Positions 1 through 15,400 of a stretch of DNA of 64,000 nt are shown in pieces. Source of the DNA: the human T2T-CHM13v2.0 reference genome, Homo sapiens. The stretch lies in assembly GCF_009914755.1 (NCBI RefSeq), contig NC_060939.1; one strand, given 5' to 3'. Position numbers and translations under genes: made by a program. Numbering within the stretch: position 1 is the stretch's first letter; each line of letters opens with the position of its first letter. The notes under the pieces are model-generated. The model had not been told where the DNA came from and did no database searches. It saw only the letters and a program-made list of their open reading frames with translations.

Positions 1-636
1 TAAGTCAAAAAAAGAAATTATATGGAAAATTAGAAAATATTTCTAGCTTAATGAAAATGAAAGCACGTTACATGTTAAATTGAAGAAATGCAAAGAAGTG
101 GTGCTGGGGGCATGGTTTGAGGAGTAGTATCTTTCTGTGTTAGTAAACCTTTCTGTTTGAGGAGGACACAAATTTATAAATGAAGTCTCAAGATTTTGTG
201 AGTAATTTTGTAACAACAATTGTAATGGAAACAATACATATTACTGATGTAGTCTTTTCCGTGATAACGGAAATGTTACTCAAATATCACACAAAATGAA
301 ACAGATCATCAAGGTCACACTACCTCCTAAACTTGCTGTTATAAGTAATTTAGCTCCAAACTCAACTTATAGTAAATTATATTTTATAGAAAATGAAATT
401 AGAATGAGTTTACAAACCACAAAGATAATTCAAGAAAAAAAACAAATACGCAGTGCTGTCAGAAATCTCTCAGTGGCTAAGGTAAAGCTGGTTAACTTAA
501 AATAGTCCAATTACAACCTTCATTGTTTTCCACTTAGAGAATATAAGGAAAGATTAATAGATGTAGGCTTTCTTCATTCACCAAATAAAACATGAAATAC
601 AAAAATCAGGTAAAATGCCATATGGCAAAAGTTCTA

Positions 637-813
<177 letters not shown>

Positions 814-1157
814 TTAACACACCGATTCATTTCTTTAACCTCTGGTTGCCTTTTTCTTTATCAAGAATAATTGTCATACTACAAACCGCATATATGTAAA
901 ATGCATATAATTTCTATTTGGTTATGTGTATACTCATGAAACCAACACTGTAATCAAGATAATGAACATGCCCATTGACCCACAAGTTTATTCATGCCTA
1001 TGTTCTTGTACCTCCTCTAGCTCCTCTTGTCAACCCCCACACTCCCAGTAAACCATTCATCTCTTTTCTTTCACTATAGATTGGCTTAAATTTTCTATAA
1101 ATGCAGGTTTTCTGTAAATTGCACCATAGTTTTTTGTTGTTGTTGTTTTGGGGGCCT

Positions 1158-1448
<291 letters not shown>

Positions 1449-1526
1449 TGACTGTTTCTCAATAGACAGATCATCCAGACAAAAAAATTAATATTCAGCA
1501 TAATCATGTTAAGATCCTTCACTGTT

Positions 1527-1820
<294 letters not shown>

Positions 1821-2245
1821 AAGATCCTTCGCTGTTGGTGTGTGAGTCAGTAGTTCATCTTTTTTAATGTGTAGTAGTATGCTAGTGTGTGGCTATATTA
1901 CAATGTACATACCATTCACCTATTGATGGACACATGGATTGTTTCCAGTGTCTGGCTATTTCAAATAAACATGCTATGAACATTCATATACAAGTTTTTG
2001 TATGTACACATGCTTTCAGTTCTCTTGGCTAAATACCTAGGAATGAGATGGTTGGATATATGATAGCTTAATACTATGCAATGTTATATGCAACATTTAT
2101 GCTTTAGGAAACTGCAAAACTATTTTCCAAAATAATTTTATCATTTTACAATCCCACCAGCAGTGGATGAGAATTCCAGTTCTTCCACATCTTCACCAAC
2201 ATTTGATCAGCCTTTCTGATTTTAGACATTCCAATGGTTGTGTAG

Positions 2246-2803
<558 letters not shown>

Positions 2804-2959
2804 TGATACCAAAACTGGCTTCTTTCAAAAGCTCAGTAAGATCAGTCAACTTTTAGCCAATCTGAATAGAGCAAGTGAGAAAACAAAATTTCCAGTATCA
2901 AGAAGAAGATCAGTGGCATGACTATAGATGCTATAGATATAAAAAGGTGTACTAGTTTT

Positions 2960-3480
2960 CAATTATATCATGATTTTCATAGGTCAGAGGATGCTGGTTC
3001 ACAGCAGGATGTCTGCTTAGAGTCTCATGAAGTCACAGCCACAGTGTTGGCAGGGCTGCGTTCCTGTCTGGAGGCTCTAGGGGAGGATTTGTTTCTCTGC
3101 TCATTCAGGTGTTGACATAATCCAGTTCCCTGCAGCTGTAAGACTGAGGCCCCTGTTTCCTTACTGGCTGTCACCCAAAAGCTGTGCTGAGCTTCCAGAG
3201 GCACCCACATTCCCAGCCTCATGCCTCCATTCCTCCATCTTCAAAGTCAGCAATGTCCCTCTCACACTTCAAATCTCTCCTGCCTCTTCTTCTGTCACAG
3301 CTCTCTAACTGGCTCTTCTATCTTTCACTTTATTTTTAAGGGCCCTTATGATTACATTGGATCTACCTGGATAATCCAGAAAAATCTCCCTTTATGGAGG
3401 TTTATAACCTAAATCCACCTGCAAAGTTCCTTGGCTATGTAATATAACATATATGGCCATTAATATCAGGGACTACAGGG
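2960..3480 (-). mobile_element. MaLR LTR (MLT1D/E-like)
   Basis: 'gtgttggcagggctgcgttcc...ggaggctctaggg' and 'gattacattggatctacctggataatccag' are typical of MLT1. Confidence 0.7.
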
Positions 3481-3511
3481 TGGACTCCTTTGAAGCAGAG
3501 AGGTATGTACG

Positions 3512-4950
3512 AATTAATTTGGGGAAAATTAACATTTTAACAATATAGGGGCTTCTGATCTATAAACACAATATATAGCTCCAATTATTTATGTCTTCTT
3601 TCATTTTTCCTAAGAATGTTTTGTATAAATCCCAGCACTCTTTTGTGTAGAAATTAACAAACTGATTCTAAAATTCACATAAGAATGCAAAGGACTAGAA
3701 TAACCAATGCAACTTTTATAAAAAAATAAAAAAGAACAAGGTTTGAGAATATACTTTATCTCACCTCAAGATTTATTATAAAGCAACAACAATAAAAACA
3801 ATGTGATATTGCATCAAAATAAATTGATCAATGGAGAATCCAAAAATATACCCATATATTTATGGTCAATTGATTTTTTTGCAAAGATTCAATGGTGGTT
3901 TAATACAGAAGGAGAAGTCTTTTCCACATATGGTGCTGGAACAGTTGGATATCCACATGCAAAAGAACTTTTACTTTGATCTGCTCACTAATCATATACG
4001 AAATTTAATACAAATGGATTATAGGTCTGAATGTAAAACACAACTATAAAACTTCTGGAAGAAAATATAGGAAAAAATCTCTGACCCTGAGTTAAAGGTT
4101 TTCTTAGACATAACAGTAAAAACATAATATATGAAAAGAAAAAAATCATATTAATTGGACTTTATCAAAATTATGAATTCCTGTTTTTCAAAGGGCACTG
4201 TTAAGTTAAAGTAGAGAAATGCCACAAACTGGGAGAAAATATTTCCAAATCATCTATCTGATAAAAGACTAATATCTAGAATATATATATATAAATTTTT
4301 AATTCTCAAATTCAACAAGTAAACAACACAATTCAAATGGGAAATATTTTAAACAGACACTTCAACAAAGAAGACATAAGATTGACAAATGATTACATGA
4401 AAAGATGGTCAAATATCACTAGCCATTAGGGAAACGTGGAGTAAAACCACAATGACATTTCACTATCTACCTTAGAATGTGTAAAATCAAAAACACTGAC
4501 TAAAGTAAATGTTGACAAGGAGATGAAGGAACAGGAACTTTCAAGCACTGCTGGTGGGAGTGTAAAATGGTTCAACCATTCCGGAAAACAGCGTGGCAGT
4601 TTTTAAAAACATGATCCATACACCTACCAATATGAACCCACCATTCCACTTTCAAGTATTTACCCAAGAGAAATTAAAGCATAAGGTAACACAAAGAATT
4701 GAACACGATGTTTGCTGTAGTCTTAGTTTTGATGGTCAAGAACTGGAAACAATTCAAATATCCATCAACAGGTGAATGTGTGTACAAAAAGATGGTGTAA
4801 TACTCAAACCATGGAATACTACTCAGTAATAACAGGAATGAATTATTGATGTATGCTACCACATGGATGAATCTCATAATAATTATGCTGAATGAAAGAA
4901 GCCAGACCAAATATACATATATACCATTTTTAATATAAAGTTCTAGAAAA
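3512..4950 (+). mobile_element. Old L1 ORF2 3' portion with inverted 5' segment (3512-3627)
   Basis: L1 ORF2 motifs 'actgattctaaaattcaca', 'gacacttcaacaaagaagacata', 'ggatgaatctcataataattatgctgaatgaaagaagccagac'. Confidence 0.8.
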
Positions 4951-4959
4951 TTTAAATAG

Positions 4960-5176
4960 CAGGGTTTGACAAGCTATAGTCCATGGGTCAAATCTGACCC
5001 CCTGCTTGTTTCTATAAATATAATCTTATTGAAATACATCCACAGCCACCCATTTACATACTTTCTATGACTGCTTTACCACAACCCAGTCATTTAGTAT
5101 TTGTGAGAGAGAGTGTCTGGCTAAAAAGCCTCAAGTATTTTCTATCTACTCTTTTATGGAAAAGCTTGCCAACTCT
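4960..5176 (+). mobile_element. MER58A-like hAT-Charlie MITE
   Basis: About 220 bp from 'cagggtttgacaagctatagtccatgggtcaaatctg' to 'gaaaagcttgccaactct', with imperfect terminal inverted repeats. Confidence 0.7.
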
Positions 5177-5826
5177 TAATCTACAGTGACAGAAAACAGG
5201 TCAGAGACTGCCTGAGGATGGAGGTGCTGGGAGGTCAGGAGTAAGCGAGTATCAAGAGGCTCAAGGAGCTCCTCAGTGTGGTGACTGAGCCAGGCTCTTC
5301 ATCAGGGCAGGGGTCTGACACTTCATCTCTAAACACTCTGATTCCAACTCTAAGGTTCACTGAATTTTCTTAGAATATTTTTTGCTGTCTCCAGTAAACA
5401 CTGTAGACAAGATGTGCTTAGAACACTAAAAGTTCAAAGAACTGGGGCATCATCAAATTAGCCAAACACGTTGCACAAACTGACATATGCCTGCTCACAA
5501 CTAAATATGGATCTGATTGATAGTTATGTGTGTGACTTTCATTATAAGCACTACAGAGCTAGCCATCTCCCACTTTCAAGAGTTAGAGACTACAGTTAGG
5601 GTCCACCAAAAGATAAAGGAGTTCTCCAAGACCAGAGTGGATCAGGCCGGCTTGCAACTAGGAGAAACAGAATACTATTCAGTTTAAAAACAAAACAAAA
5701 CAAAAAAAGTACTAAGATCTCAATTGTTTACGTATTTGAGGGGAAAAAAAAATCTCTTAAATAAGAATTACCTGGATGGATAACGTATCCTTTTAAACAG
5801 TTCTTGACAATTCTATACCTTGCATT

Positions 5827-6167
<341 letters not shown>

Positions 6168-7499
6168 TAAAAAAAAAAACAAAAATGATCTGTTCTTATT
6201 TTCTCAAATTATTTCTATTACTCTTACTCTACCTTCAAGGGCTTAAATATAGATTATTTTCTGGAAAACAATGACAGTTATTGAATACGATGTATAGAAT
6301 TTGAAGAGGTATCCAAACTACCCTTTTGTCTCCTACGGTTCCTCCTGCTTTCCAAAGTATACCCACTTGTCTACTTTTGCAAGACCACTGTCTCACAATA
6401 TCAGGAAACACTCCTGTTCATCTGGTCCTCACTGAATGTCCCCTAAATCCAAATTGTTCTGTATGCCACTTTTGGAAACCTGCTCTGTACCTGCCTCTGA
6501 GCTTAAGGGATACAGATGGGAATGTAAGCAAGGCACCACTTTGAATTCCAAGGGCCTCGCCGTCCAGTGGAGAACACATGTATGTAAATAACGTTATACT
6601 TAATGCAATACTATAGGTAGATGTGAACCACTGGAGAGCACCCAGAAAAAAATAACAATATATGGGGACTGAGAGAAGGTTCCACAAAGGAGGTGAACCC
6701 TGCTCCCTGGTTCAGGTAGAGAAGAGCAGCATTATTCACAAACTATTGTGAATGTCTGTTCTAACCTGGCTGGAGGGTAGCTGAGGCACTGAAGCAAGGC
6801 ATTCATCTGTTTCACCTAAGGCAGAACTTAGGCCAGGAAAATGGCAGGCATTGTTCAAAATCACTGCAAGCCAAACCACAGATGCCTGGGGAAAAGACAA
6901 GCATGTAATGCGCCACCTGAGGAATAGGAGCAAAATCTGGGGAGAGTTTCTTTGTGAAACTGAGATATTCAAAAACAAACATGGGGCGGGGCAGGGCAGA
7001 GCTAGGGGGCGGTGGGGGCAGGCAGAGATAAGGAAAGCCACCTGCATGCCTAGGGAAAGGCCCATGCTCAGAAAAGACTGGAGAATTCCCAAAACTTTCA
7101 GCTTGTGCTGATGCCTAGTCTCAGTGCAAGCCTGGCTAAGTTTTGAAGGAGGGTTCTAGCACAGAGCCAATCTATAAAACAGGAAGAGGTATTTTTGTTG
7201 TGGTGGTTTGTTTGCTTTTAGCTCCTGGAATTCAAATCAATCTGTGTCAAAACACTAGCCGAACACAGTAAGCAATCACTAAGGAACAGAGATTCCAGTG
7301 ACCATACATGACAAGGAATACAGTCTTTTCAAAAATAGTTTGGAAATGTCACAAAACAAACAAGACTACTACAGCCTTCGATTATAAAAAATAATAATAA
7401 TAACCCCGGGGAAGGGAGTGAAACTGATTTCCAGATTTACCACAATATAATATTCAAATGTTCAGTGTTCAACCAAAAATAAATCACAAGGCATAGAAA

Positions 7500-8460
7500 A
7501 AAAAAACAGGCTAATGGAATAGAATATAGAGCCCCGAAATAAACACGTATGCTTATGGTCAAATGATCTTTGATGAGAATGCCAAGACTACTCAATCGCA
7601 GTCTGTTTAACAAATGGTGTTGAGGAAACTGGATATCTGCATGCAAAAGAATAAAGTTGGACCCTTATCTTACACCATATACAGAAACTAATTCAAAATC
7701 GATTAGAGACCTAAACATAAAGTCTAAAACTATAAAACTCCTAAAAGAAAACATGGAGGAAAATATTCAGTATATTGGACTTGGCAGTGATTTCTAGGCT
7801 ATGACAGCAAAAGTGAAAAAAAGCAGAAATAAACAAATGTGATTACATTAAACAGACAGAAGGTAGATTAAGAGATTACCAGGGGTGGGCAGGGTGGGAG
7901 GTGAAATGGAGAGTCATTGCTTAATGATTATAGGGTTTCTTCTTGGGGTTAATGAAATGTTTTGGAGATAACGGTAATGGTGATTGTCACGCGTGTCCGT
8001 ATGAAGAGACCACCAAACAGGCTTTGTGTGAGCAATAAAGCTTTTTAATCACCTGGGTGCAGGCGAGCTGAGTTCGAAAAGAGAGTCAGCGAAGGGAGTT
8101 AGGGATGGGGCAGTTTTATAGGACTGGGGTAAGCAGTGGAAAGTTACAGTTAAAGGGGGTTTTTCTCTTGCAGGCCAGGGCGGGAGTCACAACGTGCATG
8201 CTGGAGAGATCATAAGACTCATTGTCCAGAAGAAGAATGTCACGAGGTCGATGGATCCATCAGTTGGGACAGCGCAGGAACAAGTCATAGCGGAATGTTG
8301 TAAGGTTGGTCAATCAATTAAGACAAGAGCTGGCTGTTTCACTTCTTTTGTACTTTTCAGTTGCCTCAGGCTATCTGGTGCAGCCTTGTGCTCAGAGGCC
8401 TGACAGTGATGTAATTAATGCCACTGAGTTGTACAATTAAAAATAGTTAAAATGACAAGT
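7500..8460 (+). mobile_element. Old L1 (L1MB-like) 3' fragment split by the LTR7-family insertion
   Basis: ORF2 motif 'caaatggtgttgaggaaactggatatc' and 3'UTR motif 'gtaattaatgccactgagttgtacaattaaaaatagttaaaatg'. Confidence 0.7.
7985..8405 (-). mobile_element. HERV-H solo LTR (LTR7 family), 421 bp, 5-bp TSD GTGAT
   Basis: Minus strand begins TGTCAGGCCTCTGAGC and ends 'aagcctgtttggtggtctcttcatacggacacgcgTGACA'. GTGAT at 7980-7984 and 8406-8410. Confidence 0.9.
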
Positions 8461-8461
8461 T

Positions 8462-8632
8462 GTATGTGTTATATACATATCACATATGTATTTGATATAT
8501 ACATAACACATATATGTATATATCACATATGGATATATACATATCTATATACATATACATATCACATACTTTATATGCATACACAATTTTATGTGATATA
8601 CATATATATCACACAAGCCTTGCCATTTTAAC
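8462..8632. repeat. Degenerate (TA/CA)n low-complexity tract
   Basis: Visible atatac/acatat repeats. Confidence 0.85.
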
Positions 8633-11600
8633 CATATATTTTTTTAAGCATATGATATATTATTTTTCTTACTACAACAGAAACATTTTAAAAAGGAAGA
8701 TGGGGTTGGGAAGGACATTGTCATTTAGCATGTGAAGGGCAGACCATGTTTTATATCATGCAAAAATGTTGGGACCCCAGTCTTAGACAGGGAGAAGTCA
8801 ATGAGATTTCTCAGCAAAGAGGCTGCAGTGGCCTAATTTCTACTTATGTTAGCTTTGTCTCCTAACCAGAATGTTACTTTTCTTTGAATTCTCCAGGGCA
8901 CGTACCACACAGTTCAGAAGACAAACAGACACTTGCTTATCTGATCATCACATCTGATGGTGATTCCTTCACCGCTCTTCTAACACAGATCACCACATCT
9001 TTTCTTTAAATTCTCAGTAAGAAATAATTGCTCCAATTTCACTTCTCCTGGGTAAAGCTTTTTGACCCCAGAAATGGCATCCCTTGTTTTCTCTGCTATA
9101 TAGCAATAAGAAGCTCTCTCTAAAAGTCAGTAAGAACACAAGTTCTTTTCCATGATTCTGAGAGAAATTTCAGTCATGACAAAAAGCTGGAAGGTCCTTT
9201 AGGGCTCTTTTTATAGTTCTGCTTTCTCTTATCAATTGTGGAGGCCTGAGCTTTCCTCCAGCCAAAACTCCTGCTATAGCACTCATCCATCCAACTTCAG
9301 AAAGTTTCCATAGTCACGGAGATTTGTCTTGTTAGAAAAATTCCCTGCAATAGCCTACAATCGAATGAAGACCTTGTCCCTGCAAAACCTCAATTCCCTC
9401 TTACTTTTAATCGCACTGCCTGCAGAGCCAGCGGCACTAATCAGGCTGCCGGTGCATAAGCTCGTCTGCTTGGTATTGCCTGGTCCTGCTCTGAGTCCAG
9501 ACCACACTTTCCACTGCAGCCCCGGTCCCTGTGAGCAATGCTCCAGGCTGCTCTGCTCAGCACCGGCTCCTCAGGGACACTGACAAAGGGTGAGGCAGTG
9601 GTTCTTCCACAGTGTACTGGAAGCAAAAGCCACTGACGGAAACATCCCAGTTTCCAGCTTCACATTCTATTACAAATTCTAACAATGTGTCATTGAGACT
9701 CTTTTCCTAAAAATTAAAAATGCAGTTGAGTGGAGATGAATACAGATAAAAAGTACCATTTACGTGACCTGTCTTTATCCTGTGGAGCTTCTATCAAACG
9801 CTTTCCTCGAGTGGGCATTAATCTCTCACCAAGAGCTTTGCCATTTCTCAACTCAAAAAATCTGAGATAAGTGGCTCTGTACTTTCATTTGTGTCTCCAA
9901 CAGAGTCAAGTTTCTATGCCGAACAAATAGCTAAAGGAGCCTCTTTTCCCTCATTCCTAAAGCCCTGGGCAACATGATTCAAAGGAAAGTAGGAAAGGGC
10001 TTTCACCAGTCCCCCAGCAGCCTCCTCCGCACAGGCATTTGCTGGGCATCTCTCAGCACCCCAGCCCAGGGGGAAACTGAGGCTCCCGAAGATGGACTGG
10101 TTTTCTCCAGGCTGCACAGCTTGCTGGGGTGAAGCCAGGATTCAATCCCCAGTCTGCAAGAATTTCCTTCCATGCTGCCACGTTATATTCCTCTGATATG
10201 CTCAGGCTTCTGATGGAATGATTTTGCTAATTATGAACAGATCTGGTTTATTTATTTCAAATCTCTTGTCACAGTGTGATTGGATGAATATACTGAGAAA
10301 TGTAACTTAATTTTGTTCTATTTGAAACCTTGTCATCTTTTATAAAAGATATACTGTACAGTTCCTTGCCCTGGACATTGTGTAACTGACTTTGACCAAA
10401 GGCAGTACTGTCCTGATCAATTAAGATGAACTAACCTATGTACCTTGAGGCACACAGGATGCATCTCCAGAGAGTATCTCAACAGTTACTCATCTCATAT
10501 TCATCCTTCCAAACAGGAAAACCCACAGATGGACTGTGCATACCATATACAGTACAAACCACCCTGCCTGCCACCCTTTCATGAAGTACTACATGAGTAC
10601 TGGCCATCAACTGCCTGAAATAGACCAAGTAAGATCACAAATAATCAAGGACTTTCTGTTGCACAGCTACACTGTGGTTGTTCCTTGGGTAATTCTAGCT
10701 CTCTCACTTACCCAAGCACTCAACCTCCAGGGTGCAAACCCAGTGCTTCCTTGTGGGGAGCACCCACTCCACAGTTGGGTGGGTGAGTAGGACAGGGCAC
10801 ATGGGATGAGCTGGCTTAGAAAGTCAGAAGGAGCCGAGTGACCAGGGGGTTAAGGTCTATTATAGCACCATGCATCAGGCAGTTGCTATGGCAGCAGAAG
10901 GAGGGAGCACCTAACTACTTACTCAATTATCATGTAGACTGCACAGGCTTTCTCTCAAGAGAAAACTCCCATTCTTTCTAGTTTCCCTTTAAAATCCAGC
11001 AAAAGAAAGACCATTTTTTATAATCTTCGTGTCTTCCTGCACTGCTTGGCCATCAGCCTGAACTGTTTGTTCATATCTCATGCAATCGTGCACCAGGCAC
11101 TGCTCTTCAGGCCTGTGTGTATTACCTGATTCAATCCTCACAGCAATTTTAAAGCCTAGCTCCAACACTCAGTGGCTCTTATGGGCACCTGCTGTGTGCT
11201 GCAGGACACAGGCTTAGAACCAGGAAGATTGAGCTCCAGATCTGCCCTCTCCCTCCTAGACCCAGAAAGTGGCTGTGACTGCCCAAGATACCCGCTGTAG
11301 CTGCAACACCAAAGCTCGGAGTGAAGCTAATGGCTTCCATTCAACACCTGGAAGCTTCTGCGTGGTTTCCAATCTGGCTTAGGAAATGCCTCAATTACAT
11401 CAAGTGAGTCATTTAAAAGAGTTGAGGTTGGAAAGAATAAAGATTATTCTATTTCTGAGCATTTTGCCTCAAATAAAGATTTCCACCAATACAGACAGGC
11501 CAGTGGCGGGGGAGGGGACGCTGCTGACTTTCCCCTCCCTCTCTCTTCACCGTCCCCCCACATTCTCTGCCCCAGAGGCTGAATTGTGCAGACCACATCA

Positions 11601-11639
11601 AAAGGTTTCATGACCGAGGATGCCAGTCAGGCTCTGCCC

Positions 11640-12490
11640 TTCACAACCAGAGAGTAAATGTGCCTGTTTCTGAGTTCTTCATAAATGGAATCATATAGCA
11701 TATACTCTTTTCTGTCAGATTTTTCTTTTGGCCAACACATTTGTGAGATCCAGTCATGTAATACGTTCATTTTTTATTTCTGTATAGTATTCCACTATAT
11801 GACTCTCCCACCATTTGTCCGTTCTAGGGGTTGATATTTGAGTTGTTTCCAGTTTGGGGCTATTATAAATAGGCTGCTATGAGCATTTTCAGAGAGTCTT
11901 TTGGTGTGCAAATGTACATATTTTTGTTGGGCATACCACTGTGAACAAAATTACTAAGCAGAAGATATACATTGTTCTAAACTTTAGTAGATGCTGTCAA
12001 ATCATTTTCAAAAGTCATTGTACAAATTTACAATCTTATCAGCAATGCATGACACTTCCTACTGCTCCACAATCTTTCAGCACTCAGTACTGTCAGTCTT
12101 TTTTTCTAACCATTTAGGTGTGCATATAATGGCATCTCGTTGTGGTTAAATTTTGCATTTTACTCATGACTTACAAGGTTGAACACCTTCTCATATGCTT
12201 ACTAATACTTTCAGTAATTTCAATATCTTCTTCTGTGAAGTGTCTACTTAAGATTCCGTCCATTTTTCTATTGGGGGGTTCTGTCTTTTCTTATTGCTCT
12301 ATAGATGTTCTTTTTATATTTTAGATATAATTTCCAAATGTGACAATGGATGCTTTTGCACACACTTTTTTCACTCTGTGGCTTCTTGTTCACTCATTTA
12401 GTAGTACACTTTGAGACATAAGTTCCTAATTTTAAGATAGTCAAAGTTATCAACCTAATCTTTTACCATTAGCACTTTTCATATCCAATT
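11640..12490 (-). mobile_element. Old L1 (L1ME-like) 3' fragment
   Basis: 'aaatggaatcatatagcatatactc', 'gttgtttccagtttggggctattataaat', 'cttctgtgaagtgtct'. Confidence 0.75.
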
Positions 12491-15400
12491 TAAAAAGCTG
12501 AGTCACAAATATAAATAAGAAAATGATGGGCCAGCTTACCCTAGTGATTGCATGTTATGCATGAATAGACTGTAAGGTATGTTGGTAAGTTATTGCTGCA
12601 ATAAAGCTACATAACAAAAAAAGGAGTTGAGTCACATGGAGATGTTTGATGACATAATATGATGTGATGAAGACACTCAGCAGGATCCCTATTTTACAGA
12701 GGCCACTGAACCTTACATAGATTAGGTCCTCTTAAACCAAATGGGCACGTTGGGGAGGGAAGTGCATGTAGCTGTGCAGGAGGGGAAGAAGATACACACC
12801 TGCCTCAGCTTACGTGCCACCTAAGATCTGATGAGGGTCAGGAGGTAGCTAAGCATCCACCCTGTCTCACCAGGCGGCATTCTAGCCCTTCTGCCCACAA
12901 CTTGCAGAGGCAAGACTCCAGGCTCATTGCTCACTAGACCAAGTGGGCTGATTCCAGCTTTTCATCAGCAAAAGTGTTTCAATGTATGCATTCCACCCCA
13001 CTTCCAAAAATGGAAGGGAGAAAATTGTGATGGCAGGGTCAGGGAATGGTACAGCCCTACAAATATGCCATTAGAAGGCAGTAACTAAAACTTTCAGGAC
13101 ACTCAAGGGTTACTGTGCTTAGAGGCTGGTAAGTTTCACCAAATATGAAGACCTCTAATGAGAACACACAGACACAGACACAGAGGCAGGATTTTTGTCC
13201 TTGATAAACACAAGTACCAGTTACCCAGGCTGTCCCCTGAATGCCAGCTCATTCACATTCTAAAGCACTCACATTGTCAGAGAAAGACAGTGGCAGGCTG
13301 AGCTCCCGGGATGGACTGAGAGACAGCTGCATCGATGCACATGCCCTGAGCACACTCAAGTATGGTCTCTGTGGCCTTGGGAGTGGCGGACTGGACTGAG
13401 CTCTGCCCCGAGGACTGCACAGGCTCATGGAGAAGACAGCTCACATACAACTGCCGTGATGGACCTGTGACGGCTATGCTAGCCTCACACACCAAGGTAC
13501 CATAGGGGTCTCTCAGCTAAATCCATACGCTTGCTGAGGCCATGGGGGAACCAACCAGAGCTTAACTGAACATTGGAGCTCTTCTGTGGTCTCAAGCATC
13601 TTTGAAACATGTTGAAAATCAAACAGGCTCTGAGGAGCTTCATATTCTTGACTGTTAAAACTCATGTGAACTAGAACATCTATGACAAACTCATAAAAAT
13701 GTCAGCAAGAAAGGAAGGCATCATAGCTGTTTTCTTAACTTACTTTTATTTTCACTATTTTAGGTCTCAATATCAAATGATTTTCTAACCTCTACTTTTA
13801 AAAAATTAATTGAAATGTTGGCCATGTTTATGATGAGTATTATTCACCACTCCAAACAAGACTCTGCTAACATTTGTACTCAATTTCTGGTACCCTCGGG
13901 GCCTATTAAATGCAGTGATATGTAAAATATGAATATTATGCTCCCTAGATATCATGAAGGAGTAGAATTAAAATTGTGAGTGCTTAAAATGATGTCATCT
14001 CATTGTGGTTAAATTCTGCATTTTACTGATGACTTACGAGGTTGAGCACCTTTTCATATGCTCATTTATTCATTAAAATGAGTAATCCTTACACAAGAAT
14101 AACTAAGCATAAAGAAATAATGCTAAATGCAGTTAAGAATTCTCATTTTGCACTTGTGCATTTGGGCTTTGTTAAAGAATCAGGTTCGTTATCACAGAGG
14201 CAGGTCAGTGCTGCAGGTGCATTAGACACGGTCAGGAATCGTGCCTCATTCACAGGTATCCCTGGTGCCTCTCACAGTGAGGAGTGGGTAAAAACACACT
14301 CAAAAATAACGAATCAACAAGTGAATGAACAAGCAGCTAAAGTATCTGCATTAAACACGGAATGCAAATTCTCAGAATGCCACACAACTTGGATCTTCTT
14401 GTAGCAAGTAACGTTTACTCCTCATTGCAGGTTTTCCTGTGGTCCTCGGGAACCACCCAGGTCACTGACTGCACAACTGCAGTGAGCTGCATTCCATGTG
14501 GATGGAGCCTGGAGAGGCGGGCCACAGAGCAGCCTGACCCTGAGAAACACACCCAGCTCTTCTTGGACATCACACAGCTTTGCCGTTGGGACTGAACCCC
14601 CTTTCTTCTCAGGCTCCTCAAAATCCAAATAGAATGCATTTCTGATTGATACATTCCATGCTCACCAGCATCCAAGCAGATTTTAGTCACCCCCACTGGT
14701 GGGCCACTATGTAATATTCTAAAGTACCAGATAAAACATCATATCATGTAAAACCCTTAACAAATCGTGTAGGAGGTGTTTTGTGTATCGGTTCACTAGT
14801 AGCTTGTCAGAGCTCCCCACACCTGTCACTCTTCTCCCTACTGGACCCCCAGAAAGGTTTCCAGCCCTGTAGTTAGGTGAAGCCACAAGACCAACCCGGC
14901 CATTGGGCCATGAGCAAATGAGACACACATTCCTAGCCTGGCATTTACAGGCAGCTGTCAGTTCTATCCCCTGTCTCTTCCTTGCCAAGATGATCCTGAA
15001 AGCTGCTGTTTCTATGGTGGCATCACAAAACGCCAGTGTCTCTGTCCAGCAGGGACCCTACTGACCAGCACTAAAGATGTCACCAAGAAAAAGTGTGGTT
15101 GTGTCAAGCTTCCAAGACAGCAGGGCCAGTGTTTCACTCAGCAAAGCCTATCCTATCCTGATACATCCGGCACAAGAAAATATCAAATGGATAGGCTATA
15201 TGTCATCTGGTCTGTTTGCAAACGTTGAAAGAAAAATTAGGTCAGTCATGTTTGCAGTTGTTCAGTTTTGTTCCAATTAACTGTGTCATTCACTAGCAAT
15301 GGAATACCTAATTTCCACAAATGCACATCATAAACATCACCGAAAAACTGCTTTTTATTATTAAAAGTTTGAGAAGTGAATGGCCACAGCACTATTCTCT

